Shown here: positions 7,612-16,574 of the stretch, piece after piece
Layout of the letters: every line of letters starts with the position of its first letter
How positions within the stretch are numbered: position 1 is the first letter of the stretch
Origin: Candidatus Latescibacterota bacterium
GTDB lineage: Bacteria; Latescibacterota; UBA2968
Length of the DNA stretch: 18,186 bases
Direction of reading: 5' to 3'
Assembly (NCBI GenBank): GCA_038279365.1
Contig: JAYODI010000101.1
Coordinates: forward strand, 1 to 18,186
Notes under the pieces: model-generated
What the model was told of the DNA's origin: nothing
What the model saw: only the letters and a program-made list of their open reading frames with translations
The model's database searches: none
Translations under genes and position numbers: made by a program

Positions 7612-9513
7612 ATGAAAGGGTCGCAGACATTGGATGCTGTATCGCAAGATCAAAATGGTGAGCGCGTAGATCGCAAAGCCATTCGGGCACATATTGATGG
7701 CATTGTGACACACTTGCCCAAAGAACCGGGTGTGTACATTATGAAAGGTGATGGCGGGAAGATTATTTATATAGGTAAGGCCAAGTCTTTGCGCACACGG
7801 GTTCAGCAATATTTTAGGGCCAAGGCACACGATGGCAGACGGCAGTTTCGGGCGCTGGTGCGGTCTGTGCGCGATCTGGAATATATTGTGACCGATACGG
7901 AGTTGGAAGCGCTGATTTTGGAAGCCAATTTGATTAAGGCCCACAAACCGCGTTACAACATCAGTTTAAAAGATGATAAAAAGTATCCCTTTCTCAAAAT
8001 TACCAAAGAGCCTTTTCCGCGCATTGTGGTGACACGTGATGTGGTTAAAGATGGGTCGCGTTATTTGGGACCGTATACGGATGTGAAGGCTATGCGGCGA
8101 ATGTTGCATACGATGCATCGGTTGTTTCGCATTCGCAGTTGTGAATATGCTTTGCCCACAGATAAGGTGCGTGTGTGTTTGGATTATGAAATTAAGCGGT
8201 GTGATGGGCCTTGCGAGGCGCTCATTTTGGCCGAAGACTATCAAAAGATTGTGGATGAGGCGATTTTGTTTTTGACGGGGCGTCATACACAAGTGATGTT
8301 GACGCTCAAGCAGCGCATGCAACAAGCTGCTGAAGGGTTGCGCTTTGAAGAGGCTGCTATTTTTCGCGATCGCATTCAGGCCTTGGATCAGGCGACGAGC
8401 AGGCAAAAGGTGGTGTCGCACGATTTGACCGATTGGGATACGATTTCGATTGCACGTGAAGACGATGAGGCCTGTGGGGTGGTGATGGAGGTGCGCGATG
8501 GGCGACTCATTGGGCGGCAGAGTTATTTTATTGGTGGGGTGTTGGATGCCCCTGAAGAAGAGGTGGTGGGGGCTTTTGTGAAATTGTTTTATGCCACAGC
8601 GGCATTTGTGCCCAAAGAGGTGTGTTTGCCGTGTGATATTGAAGAGCGTGAAACGGTTTTGGATTGGTTGCGTGATCGGTCGGATGGGTTGGTGGAGATT
8701 CGCATTCCACAACGGGGGGATAAGTTTCGGTTGATGAAGATGGCCGAAAACAATGCCAAGCTGTTGCTGATGGAGCGGCGGTTGAAGCGTGAAAATCGCA
8801 AGCAACAATCGCCTGCTGCGGTGCAGTCTTTACAGCGCGATTTGAATTTGGAAAAACCGCCACGGCATATTGAGGCGATGGATATTTCCAATATTCAGGG
8901 CACAGATCCTGTGGCGTCGATGGTGTGTTTTATAGATGGGCGACCGCGCAAAGGGGAATATCGCCATTTTAAGATTACGGGCATTGAAGGGCCAAACGAT
9001 TTTGCGATGATGCATCAGGTGGTGACGCGGCGGTTTAAGCGGTTGATGGAAGAGGGGAAGACGTTTCCTGATTTGTTGTTGATTGATGGGGGCAAGGGGC
9101 AGTTGTCGAGTGCGGTGGATGCGTTGCAGAGTTTGGGCATTACCAATCAGCCGGTGATTGGTTTGGCCAAGCGGTTGGAAGAGGTGTTTCGACCGGGGCT
9201 TTCGGACCCGCAAAACATTCCCAAGACGTCTGCTTCGCTTCGTTTGTTGCAGGGGTTGCGCGATGAGTCGCATCGGTTTGCGATTACGTATCACCGCAAG
9301 TTACGGCAAAAGCGCACGTTGACGTCTGAGTTGGATGATATTGCGGGCATTGGGCCAAATCGGCGCAAGACATTGTTGCGGCATTTTGGGTCGTTGAAGA
9401 AGGTGAAAGAGGCGTCTGTGGCAGATCTTGCAGCGGTGGATGGGATTAGTGAAAAGTTGGCGGGAGAGATTTTTGGGGCGTTGCATCAGGAAGAGGTTGT
9501 GGTAGAAGCATAG
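7612..9513 (+). CDS. uvrC: Excinuclease ABC subunit C
   Basis: 633 aa. GIY-YIG domain (PGVYIM...IYIGKAKSLR), KPRYNISLKDDKKYP, Cys cluster, UVR coiled coil (FEEAAIFRD), RNase H-like domain (DISN, IDGGKGQL, RDESHRFAI) and tandem HhH motifs. Confidence 0.97.
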   Translation: MKGSQTLDAVSQDQNGERVDRKAIRAHIDGIVTHLPKEPGVYIMKGDGGKIIYIGKAKSLRTRVQQYFRAKAHDGRRQFRALVRSVRDLEYIVTDTELEALILEANLIKAHKPRYNISLKDDKKYPFLKITKEPFPRIVVTRDVVKDGSRYLGPYTDVKAMRRMLHTMHRLFRIRSCEYALPTDKVRVCLDYEIKRCDGPCEALILAEDYQKIVDEAILFLTGRHTQVMLTLKQRMQQAAEGLRFEEAAIFRDRIQALDQATSRQKVVSHDLTDWDTISIAREDDEACGVVMEVRDGRLIGRQSYFIGGVLDAPEEEVVGAFVKLFYATAAFVPKEVCLPCDIEERETVLDWLRDRSDGLVEIRIPQRGDKFRLMKMAENNAKLLLMERRLKRENRKQQSPAAVQSLQRDLNLEKPPRHIEAMDISNIQGTDPVASMVCFIDGRPRKGEYRHFKITGIEGPNDFAMMHQVVTRRFKRLMEEGKTFPDLLLIDGGKGQLSSAVDALQSLGITNQPVIGLAKRLEEVFRPGLSDPQNIPKTSASLRLLQGLRDESHRFAITYHRKLRQKRTLTSELDDIAGIGPNRRKTLLRHFGSLKKVKEASVADLAAVDGISEKLAGEIFGALHQEEVVVEA

Positions 9514-9545
9514 ACTATACGAGATAAAATAATGTGCCTATATTC

Positions 9546-9575
9546 AGGCGGATGGATCAAACCATTCGCCTTTTT
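9546..9575 (+). terminator. Intrinsic terminator after uvrC
   Basis: Stem AGGCGGATGG (9546-9555) / CCATTCGCCT (9562-9571) with one G-U pair, followed by a T-tract. Confidence 0.75.
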
Positions 9576-9625
9576 GTTTTGTGAGATGAAATCAATCTGT
9601 ATTTGTTTTGAGTGGGTTGCTGGTG

Positions 9626-9865
9626 TGCCTTCGGCGACTTAAGGGCGCAATAAATTACGCCCCTATTGATCGGTTTATTGATCGGTTACTGTATCTCAGG
9701 GGCAGGATTTATCCTGCCTATGCAAAAAATGCCGCCCTCAAGCGCCGGGGGCTTGCACAGCGCAAATACCGTTTGGGGCTACATGGGGGATAGTGGCCTA
9801 CGAGAGTAGAGGTGTTGAAGATTTCTTTGCAAATGGGAATGGTGCGCTGTGCGTGATGGGTTTTG
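9626..9865 (+). repeat. Structured intergenic repeat element, copy A
   Basis: Shares these blocks in order with 14509-14698: TGCCTTCGGCGAC, TATGCAAAAAA, CCCTCAA..GCCGGG, TGCACAGCGCAAATA, TAGTG.CCTAC.AGA, TGCGCTGTGCGTGATGGGTTTT. Confidence 0.85.
9640..9720. repeat. REP-like palindrome doublet nested in repeat copy A
   Basis: TAAGGGCGCAATAAATTACGCCCCTA (9640-9665) and AGGGGCAGGATTTATCCTGCC (9698-9718). A 12-bp tandem duplication, TATTGATCGGTT x2 (9664-9687), lies between them. Confidence 0.65.
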
Positions 9866-9897
9866 CTGATTGTTTTTTTGGATAGAATGAGGTGGTT

Positions 9898-10821
9898 ATG
9901 ATTGTGGATGCGTCTATAGAAATTGCGCCGGGGTTGATGGATGTGTTGCGGCGGTTTTTGGATCATGTGGGGCTTGAGCGGGGGTTGGCGGAGAATACGT
10001 CGGGGGCGTATGAGCGGGATTTGACGCGGTATTTGGAGGTGTTGACGGATTTGGGGATTTTTGTGCCAGAAGAGATTTCGCAGAAGGATGTGTCGGCGTT
10101 GTTGAATTTGTTGACGGAGATGGGGCTTGAGGCGTCGAGTGTGGCGCGCAATTTGACGGCGGTGCGGATGTTTCACCGGTTTTTGGTGGGGGAAGGGTTT
10201 ACACAACACGATCCAACGGAGCATATTAAACCACCGAAGTTGGGGCGGAAGTTGCCATCGGTGTTGAATATTTATGAGATTGAGCGGTTGATGTTGGCAA
10301 CAGATTTGGAAACGCCTTTGGGAATTCGAGATCGGGCGTTGTTGGAGATTTTGTATGGGGCGGGGTTGCGGGTGTCGGAGTTGATTGCTTTGTCTCGGTC
10401 AGATTTGTTTTTTGATATGGAAGTGATACGGGTGTTTGGAAAAGGGAGTCGGGAGCGTGTGGTGCCCATTGGGTCGGAGGGGATTGCGTGGGTGACGACG
10501 TATTTGAACAATATTCGTCCGACCTTGATGAAGCCGCATTCGGGCAATGAAGTTTTTTTGAATTTTCGTGGGGGCAAGCTGTCGCGTATGGGCATTTGGA
10601 AAATTTTGAAACAGTATGTGAAGGTTGCGGGGATTGAGAAGCAGGTAAGCCCTCATACGATGCGTCATTCGTTTGCCACGCATTTGTTGGAAGGCGGTGC
10701 GGATTTGCGGGCGGTACAGGAAATGTTGGGACATGCCGATATTTCAACGACGCAGATTTATACACATGTGGATCGGGAGTATTTGAAGGAGGTGCATAAG
10801 ACGTTTCATCCTCGGGCATGA
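9898..10821 (+). CDS. xerD: Site-specific tyrosine recombinase XerD
   Basis: N-terminal SAM-like domain (ERGLAENT..AYERDL). Catalytic R-K-HxxR-H-Y set in GLRVSEL, GKGSRER, SPHTMRHSFATHLL and LGHADISTTQIYTHV; ends FHPRA. Start uncertain between 9892 and 9904. Confidence 0.88.
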   Translation: MIVDASIEIAPGLMDVLRRFLDHVGLERGLAENTSGAYERDLTRYLEVLTDLGIFVPEEISQKDVSALLNLLTEMGLEASSVARNLTAVRMFHRFLVGEGFTQHDPTEHIKPPKLGRKLPSVLNIYEIERLMLATDLETPLGIRDRALLEILYGAGLRVSELIALSRSDLFFDMEVIRVFGKGSRERVVPIGSEGIAWVTTYLNNIRPTLMKPHSGNEVFLNFRGGKLSRMGIWKILKQYVKVAGIEKQVSPHTMRHSFATHLLEGGADLRAVQEMLGHADISTTQIYTHVDREYLKEVHKTFHPRA

Positions 10822-10844
10822 TGGATACGTTTTTTGCAGGATCT

Positions 10845-10877
10845 AAAACTCGTGAGTATTTTCTCACGGGTTTTTTT
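10845..10877 (+). terminator. Intrinsic terminator after xerD
   Basis: Stem AAAACTCGTGAG (10845-10856) / CTCACGGGTTTT (10863-10874) with a T7 tract. Confidence 0.75.
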
Positions 10878-10938
10878 GTTTGACATAATTACGAACTGAC
10901 TTCATCATAACTTATTCTTGTTTTTTCTCATTTTATGA

Positions 10939-12696
10939 ATGAACGCCTCTATGACTGATACTTGGACGTCTTATCGTGAACTGTTGTCGGAACACCTGAA
11001 ACCACAGATGCGTCGGGTGATTTTGTTGGCTGTTTTGTTGTTTGTGGATATAGGTCTTCAGTTGGTGAGCCCGCAGATTATTCGGCGGTTTATAGACACG
11101 GTTAAATCGGATACACCCTTGGATGTGTTGACGTATATCGCGTTGTTGTTTATTGCGGTGTCTTTGGTGCAGCAAGGGATTTCTGTGTGGTCTGCGTATG
11201 TGGGTGAAAATGTGAGTTGGACCGCGACCAACAGCTTGCGAAGGGATTTGGCGCGCCATTGTTTAAATTTGGATATGTCGTTTCACAATGGTCGTACACC
11301 GGGTGAAATGATTGAGCGCATTGATGGTGATGTGAATGCGTTGGGCAATTTCTTTTCTCAATTTGCCATTCAAATGTTGGGCAATGTGTTGTTGATGGTG
11401 GGCATTTTGGTGTTGTTGTTTTTTGAAGATTGGCGGGCGGGTGCGGGTTTAACGTTGTTTACGATTTTGTCACTTTCCATTGCGTTGCGGTTGCGCAAGA
11501 TTGCTGTGCCGCATATGAAGGCCACGCGGGAAGAGAGTGCGAAGATGTTTGGGTTTTTGGAAGAGCGTTTGTCTGGCGCAGAAGATATTCGTGCCAGTCG
11601 GGCGCAATTTTTTGTTTTGCGGCAATTTTACGAACGCACAAGGGCATGGCTCAAGAAAGAACTCAAGTCGGCTTTGATGATCAATATTTTGGTGAATGTA
11701 TCGGGCATTGTTTGGGCAGTGGGCAATGCAACGGCTTTGGGCGTGGGGGCGTATTTGTACGCCCATGAGGTTTTTTCGCTGGGTGCGGTGTATATGATTT
11801 TTCACTATACCAATATGTTGTTGCGCCCCATTGAGCGCATTACGTTTCAGCTTGAAGATTTGCAGCGGGCAGGTGCCAGTATTGAGCGTGTTTCGGAGTT
11901 TACACAGATGCAGTCACAGCTTGTACTGGGGCGGGGTGATGTGTTGGAAGAGGGGCGTTTGTCTGTGCGGTTTGATCATGTCGCGTTTGGGTATGCCGAG
12001 GGCGATGTGGTGCTTCACGACGTGGATTTTACGCTGAAACCTGGGCGGGTGTTGGGTTTGTTGGGACGCACGGGAAGTGGCAAGACGACGTTGACGCGAT
12101 TGTTGTTTCGTTTGTATGACCCGTGGCAAGGGGCTGTGATTTTGGGCAATACGGATGTGCGCCATGTAGACCAGGCCGATTTGTGTAATCGCATTGCGAT
12201 GGTGACGCAAAATGTGCAATTGTTTCAGGGTTCTGTGCGAGATAATTTAACATTGTTTGACGCAACGATTTCTGATGCAGACATTCATCGGGCGATTGAG
12301 GATTTGGCGTTGGAAGATTGGTTTGCAACGTTTTCGGATGGGCTGAATACGGAGTTGGCATCTGAGGGTGGGCTTTCGGCAGGTGAGGCACAACTGTTGG
12401 CTTTTGCGCGGGTGTTTTTGCTGAAAGACCCCGATGTGATTGTGTTGGATGAAGCGTCTTCTCGGCTCGACCCAGCCACAGAACATCACCTTGAAAAAGC
12501 GGTGGATCGGTTGATACAAGATCGTACGGCCATTGTGATTGCACATCGGTTGGATACGGTGGCGCGTGCAGATGATATTATGATTTTGGAGAATGGGCGT
12601 ATTGTGGAATATGGTGAGCGTGTGGCGTTGGAACAGCAATCGACTTCGCGGTTTGCCAAACTGTTGCGTGCTGGCATGGAGGATATGTTGGCATGA
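10939..12696 (+). CDS. ABC exporter half-transporter (TMD+NBD, MsbA/MdlB-like), subunit 1
   Basis: 585 aa. Hydrophobic N-terminal TMD, Walker A GRTGSGKT, signature LSAGE, Walker B VIVLDEA, H-loop AHR. Start could be ATG 10951. Confidence 0.92.
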   Translation: MNASMTDTWTSYRELLSEHLKPQMRRVILLAVLLFVDIGLQLVSPQIIRRFIDTVKSDTPLDVLTYIALLFIAVSLVQQGISVWSAYVGENVSWTATNSLRRDLARHCLNLDMSFHNGRTPGEMIERIDGDVNALGNFFSQFAIQMLGNVLLMVGILVLLFFEDWRAGAGLTLFTILSLSIALRLRKIAVPHMKATREESAKMFGFLEERLSGAEDIRASRAQFFVLRQFYERTRAWLKKELKSALMINILVNVSGIVWAVGNATALGVGAYLYAHEVFSLGAVYMIFHYTNMLLRPIERITFQLEDLQRAGASIERVSEFTQMQSQLVLGRGDVLEEGRLSVRFDHVAFGYAEGDVVLHDVDFTLKPGRVLGLLGRTGSGKTTLTRLLFRLYDPWQGAVILGNTDVRHVDQADLCNRIAMVTQNVQLFQGSVRDNLTLFDATISDADIHRAIEDLALEDWFATFSDGLNTELASEGGLSAGEAQLLAFARVFLLKDPDVIVLDEASSRLDPATEHHLEKAVDRLIQDRTAIVIAHRLDTVARADDIMILENGRIVEYGERVALEQQSTSRFAKLLRAGMEDMLA

Positions 12697-14468
12697 AAAC
12701 ACGGCATTATGTATGGCGGCTGTTTCGATTTCGAACGATGAATTATTTGTTGATGTGTGGTTTGCGTATTTTGATTTTTGCCGTTGCACCACAGGTTGTG
12801 GGTTTGTTGACACATGAGTTTTTTGATACGTTGACAAATGAAGGGCAGATGGGTTTTGAGCCGTATACATTATGTGCCTTTTTTGTGGTGAATGCGGTTT
12901 TGCGTTCGGTTTTTATTTTTGTGGATATTCCATTGCATTTTAACACGGTGTTTGCATTGCGCACCTTGCTTCGTAAAAATTTGTTGACGCATATTTTTAA
13001 CAGACCGGGTGCACGTGCGTTGCCCGATACATCGGGTGAGGCCATCAGTCGTTTTCGAGGTGATGTGGATGAGATGCCGATGTTTATTTCTTCATTGCCT
13101 TTTATGGTGGGCGAATTTTTGTTTTCGGTGATGGCTGTTTATGTGATGGTTCAGATTGATCCACGAATTACGTTGGTGGTGTTTGCGCCCTTGGTTTTGG
13201 TGATGGTGATTGTGAATGTTGCCTTAACGCGTATTGGTACATATCGCGAAGCAAGCCGAGAGGCAACGGGGCATGTGACAGGTTTTATTGGTGAAATGTT
13301 TGGCAATGTTCAGGCGATTAAGGTGGCCCATGCAGAAGATCGTCTTTTAGGGCGTTTTGATGTGTTGAATGATCAACGGCGGTTAACCACGCTGAAAGAT
13401 CGTGTGTTTAATCGCATGTTGGATGCGGTGATTTGGAGCACGATTAATTTGGGAACAGGAGCCATTTTGATTATGGCGGGGCAGTCGATGCGGATGGGCG
13501 ATTTTTCGGTGGGTGATTTTTCGCTGTTTGTTTTTTACCTCAGTTTTGTGACGGAGATTACACGGCGGGCTGGGCGTATTATGGCGCAGTCGAAACAGGC
13601 AAGTGTGTCTATGGATCGGTTGCAGATTATGGTGCCTGATGCACCGCCTGAACAATTGGTTTTGCACAGTGATGTGTATTTAAAGGGTGATTTGCCTGAG
13701 GTGCCAAAGTTAGAGAAAAAAGAGTCGGATAAATTGAAAGTGTTGGAAGCCAAGGGGCTTTCGTTTCAATTTCCCGATAGCAAACGGGGAATTGCGTCTG
13801 TTGATTTAAAAATTGAACGGGGTACGTTTACGGTGGTGACGGGGCGTATTGGTGCGGGTAAGACCACGTTGTTGCGTACTTTGTTGGGGCTTTTGCCAGC
13901 CGATGCGGGTGCGATTTGGTGGAATGGTGAGGAGGTGAAAAACCCAGGGGATGTGCTGGTGCCGCCTCGGTGTGCCTATACGTCTCAGGTGCCGCGTTTG
14001 TTTAGCGATACGTTGCGCGATAATATTTTGATGGGTTTGCCTGAAGGTGAGGTGGATTTGCAGGGTGCTATTCGAGATGCGATTTTGGAGCCGGATTTGA
14101 AAGATATGGAAGAGGGGTTGGATACGCGTGTGGGCGCACGGGGGGTGAAGCTTTCGGGTGGGCAAGTGCAACGTGCGGCAACGGCGCGGATGTATGTGCG
14201 GGAGCCTGAGTTGTATGTGTTTGATGATTTGTCGAGTGCGTTGGATGTGGATACGGAACACCAGTTGTGGGCACAGCTTTTGAACCGAGAGGATGTGACG
14301 TGTTTGGCGGTTTCGCATAGGCGGCCTGCTTTGCGTCGTGCGGATCAGATTGTTGTGCTTAAAGATGGGTGTGTGCATGCGCAGGGGCGTTTGGATGATT
14401 TGTTGGATTCTTGTGAGGAGATGCGGCAGTTGTGGCGGGATTTGTCGCAGAAGAATGAGGATGGGTAG
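12693..14468 (+). CDS. ABC exporter half-transporter (TMD+NBD), subunit 2
   Basis: 591 aa. ATGA overlap with the previous gene, Walker A GRIGAGKT, signature LSGGQ, Walker B LYVFDD, D-loop SALD, H-loop SHR. Confidence 0.92.
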   Translation: MKTRHYVWRLFRFRTMNYLLMCGLRILIFAVAPQVVGLLTHEFFDTLTNEGQMGFEPYTLCAFFVVNAVLRSVFIFVDIPLHFNTVFALRTLLRKNLLTHIFNRPGARALPDTSGEAISRFRGDVDEMPMFISSLPFMVGEFLFSVMAVYVMVQIDPRITLVVFAPLVLVMVIVNVALTRIGTYREASREATGHVTGFIGEMFGNVQAIKVAHAEDRLLGRFDVLNDQRRLTTLKDRVFNRMLDAVIWSTINLGTGAILIMAGQSMRMGDFSVGDFSLFVFYLSFVTEITRRAGRIMAQSKQASVSMDRLQIMVPDAPPEQLVLHSDVYLKGDLPEVPKLEKKESDKLKVLEAKGLSFQFPDSKRGIASVDLKIERGTFTVVTGRIGAGKTTLLRTLLGLLPADAGAIWWNGEEVKNPGDVLVPPRCAYTSQVPRLFSDTLRDNILMGLPEGEVDLQGAIRDAILEPDLKDMEEGLDTRVGARGVKLSGGQVQRAATARMYVREPELYVFDDLSSALDVDTEHQLWAQLLNREDVTCLAVSHRRPALRRADQIVVLKDGCVHAQGRLDDLLDSCEEMRQLWRDLSQKNEDG

Positions 14469-14508
14469 CGTACTGGCATCACTGCTTGATTTGGGTTTTT
14501 TCTTGTTA

Positions 14509-14698
14509 TGCCTTCGGCGACATACTTTTTTTCTACAGCCAAAAAAAGTATGCAAAAAAGGCCGTCCCTCAAATGCCGGGAGGGCTGCACAGCGCAAATA
14601 TCGTTTGTGGATGCACAATAGGGTAGTGTCCTACAAGATGTGTTGCTGAAGTTGTCGTATGTAACACAGGGAAAATGCGCTGTGCGTGATGGGTTTTT
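14509..14698 (+). repeat. Structured intergenic repeat element, copy B
   Basis: Same block order as 9626-9865. Contains a perfect 12-bp hairpin CATACTTTTTTT (14521-14532) / AAAAAAAGTATG (14541-14552) and a long-range stem 14587-14596 / 14676-14685. Confidence 0.85.
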
Positions 14699-14748
14699 GT
14701 GATGGGTGTTGTGATGGATGGTTGACATTTAGTGTGAGTGTGGAGACT

Positions 14749-15894
14749 ATGGATCAGACGAAGTTGTTGCAACAGCGGAATCGGGAGTTGCAGATTTTGA
14801 ATACGATTGCGCACGCGCTTAATTTGTCGGTGGATTTGAATCAGGCATTGGATGCGGCATTGAAAAATGTGGCTGCGTTGTTTGATTTGGAGACGAGTTG
14901 GATTTGGTTGATTCGGGAGGATACGGGTGCGCATTATTTGGCGGCTTCTCAGAATTTGCCACCGGTTTTGCGTGATCAACCTGTGCGGATGGAGGGGTGG
15001 TGTTATTGTGTGGATACGTATTTAAGAGGGGATTTGACGGGTGCGGCAAATGTGAATGTGGTGGCGTGTAGTCGGTTGAAAAATTTGGTGGATGGTACGG
15101 ATGGGTTGCAATATCATGCGAGTATTCCGTTGTATGCCAAAGATAAGAAGGTGGGCATTTTAAATGTGGCGAGTACGGAATGGCGTGAGTTGTCTGAGGA
15201 AGATTTGCGGTTGCTCAATACCATTGGTGATTTGTTGAGTATTGCGGTGGAACGGGCGCGTCTTTTTGAGAAGAGTGTGGCGTTGGGTGCGGTTGAGGAA
15301 CGGTATCGGCTTGCACGGGAGTTGCACGATACATTGGGGCAAGGTTTGGCGGCGGTGTTGTTGCGGCTGGATGCATTGGATGCGCAAATTGAAATGGATG
15401 CGCCTAAAGAGAAGATGGCGGCTACGATTCAAGATGCGATGCAGTTGGCGCGACATAATTTGGAAGATGCGCGGCGGGCGGTTTTGGATTTGCGGGCGGT
15501 GTCTTTGGAGGGGCGTAGTTTGGGTGAGGCGTTGGATGTGCTTGTGGAGAGTGTGCAGGATCAGATTGTTGTGAAGTTGAAAAAGACGGGCAATCGGCCT
15601 TTGCCGGTGCGGGTTGAGGTGGCACTGTATCGGATGGTTCAAGAGGCGTTGAGCAATGTGAGGCAACATGCGCAAGCCGAGCAGGTGCGTGTGCATTTAA
15701 CGATGACGGTTGACCGTGTGCATTTGGTGATTGAAGATGATGGGTGTGGGTTTGACCCTGATTTGGTACCTGAAAATCATTATGGGTTGATTGGGTTGAA
15801 TGAGCGGGTGCGTTTGTTGCAGGGTTCGTTGGTGGTTGAGAGTGCGCCCCATGAAGGGACGCGGTTGTTGTTTGATATTCCTTTGGAGTCTTAG
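14749..15894 (+). CDS. Soluble GAF-domain sensor histidine kinase (HisKA_3), AirS/YhcY-like
   Basis: N-terminal GAF domain with CYC...ACSRL, H-box LARELHDTLGQ, N-box QEALSNVRQHA, G1 box IEDDGCGF, YGLIGLNERV; no transmembrane segment. Start moved to ATG 14749 (GGAG at 14742-14745) because the longer ORF begins inside the repeat. Confidence 0.9.
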   Translation: MDQTKLLQQRNRELQILNTIAHALNLSVDLNQALDAALKNVAALFDLETSWIWLIREDTGAHYLAASQNLPPVLRDQPVRMEGWCYCVDTYLRGDLTGAANVNVVACSRLKNLVDGTDGLQYHASIPLYAKDKKVGILNVASTEWRELSEEDLRLLNTIGDLLSIAVERARLFEKSVALGAVEERYRLARELHDTLGQGLAAVLLRLDALDAQIEMDAPKEKMAATIQDAMQLARHNLEDARRAVLDLRAVSLEGRSLGEALDVLVESVQDQIVVKLKKTGNRPLPVRVEVALYRMVQEALSNVRQHAQAEQVRVHLTMTVDRVHLVIEDDGCGFDPDLVPENHYGLIGLNERVRLLQGSLVVESAPHEGTRLLFDIPLES

Positions 15895-15898
15895 GTTT

Positions 15899-16525
15899 AT
15901 GAGTGAGTCGATTCGCATTTTGGTGGTGGATGATCATCCGATTGTGCGTGATGGTTTGGTGGCGATTTTGTCTACGCAGCCCGATTTTGAAGTGCTGGGT
16001 GAGGCGGGCAATGGGGAGGAGGCACTGGCGCAGATTGTTGCTCACAAACCCGATGTGATGTTGTTGGATTTGGAGATGCCTGTGTTGGATGGAGTGGCCA
16101 CACTGGAGCGTTTGCAAGCCGATGGGGTGGGTGTGCGAACGATTGTGTTTACGGTTTTTGATACGGATGAGCGGATTGTGTCGGCGATGAAGGCGGGGGC
16201 GAAGGGATATATTTTAAAGGGTGCACCAAGAGATGAGGTGTTTCGGGCAGTGCGTGTGGTGCATGGAGGTGGATCGTTGCTGGAACCGTTGGTGGCGTCT
16301 AAATTACTGGATCGGTTGAGCAACCCTGAACCCGATGCTTTGACGCCACGAGAAGGGGAAGTGCTGAAGTTGCTTTCGACGGGGTTGTTGAATAAGGAGA
16401 TTGCGGATCAGTTGACAATTAGTGAGCGCACGGTGAAGTTTCATGTGAGTGCAATATTGGGAAAGCTTGGGGCAGGGAATCGGACGGAGGCTGTGGCGAT
16501 TGCGAGGGAGCGGGGGGTGATTTAG
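15899..16525 (+). CDS. NarL/LuxR-family DNA-binding response regulator
   Basis: 208 aa from ATG 15899. Receiver domain (VVDDHP, LLDLEMP, GAKGYILK) and LuxR HTH (LTPREGEVL...NKEIADQLTISERTVKFHVSAILGKLG). Confidence 0.95.
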   Translation: MSESIRILVVDDHPIVRDGLVAILSTQPDFEVLGEAGNGEEALAQIVAHKPDVMLLDLEMPVLDGVATLERLQADGVGVRTIVFTVFDTDERIVSAMKAGAKGYILKGAPRDEVFRAVRVVHGGGSLLEPLVASKLLDRLSNPEPDALTPREGEVLKLLSTGLLNKEIADQLTISERTVKFHVSAILGKLGAGNRTEAVAIARERGVI

Positions 16526-16574
16526 ATGCCAAAAGAGATAAATGTCTTGGGTGTTATACTCTGAATATGTGAGA

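Noticed and set aside
7966-8808. 280-aa minus-strand ORF, and similar long antisense ORFs at 10226-10867, 12247-12870, 13806-14618 and 15422-16117
   Set aside because: They lie largely or wholly opposite well-supported genes, are rich in H/Q/P/T as expected for shadows of G/T-rich codons, and show no motifs.
9608-9793. Small ORFs over the repeat copies (9608-9793, 14338-14649) sharing AQRKYRL
   Set aside because: The similarity follows from the nucleotide repeat. Starts and lengths differ, and conservation tracks base-paired stems rather than codons.
9898-10821. Recombinase as a phage or island integrase
   Set aside because: The length (~307 aa) and C-terminal motifs match housekeeping XerD. 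There is no arm-binding extension, adjacent tRNA or phage gene.
10880-10908. Promoter for the ABC pair (TTGACA at 10880-10885)
   Set aside because: The -10 at 17-bp spacing is only CATCAT, too weak to list as a feature without TSS data.
14686-14748. Cys-rich N-terminal extension of the kinase (MMGFCDGCCDGW) and the 33-aa extension of the regulator at 15800
   Set aside because: The first is translation of the GTGATGG tandem repeat and the second overlaps the kinase gene. Better starts exist at 14749 and 15899.
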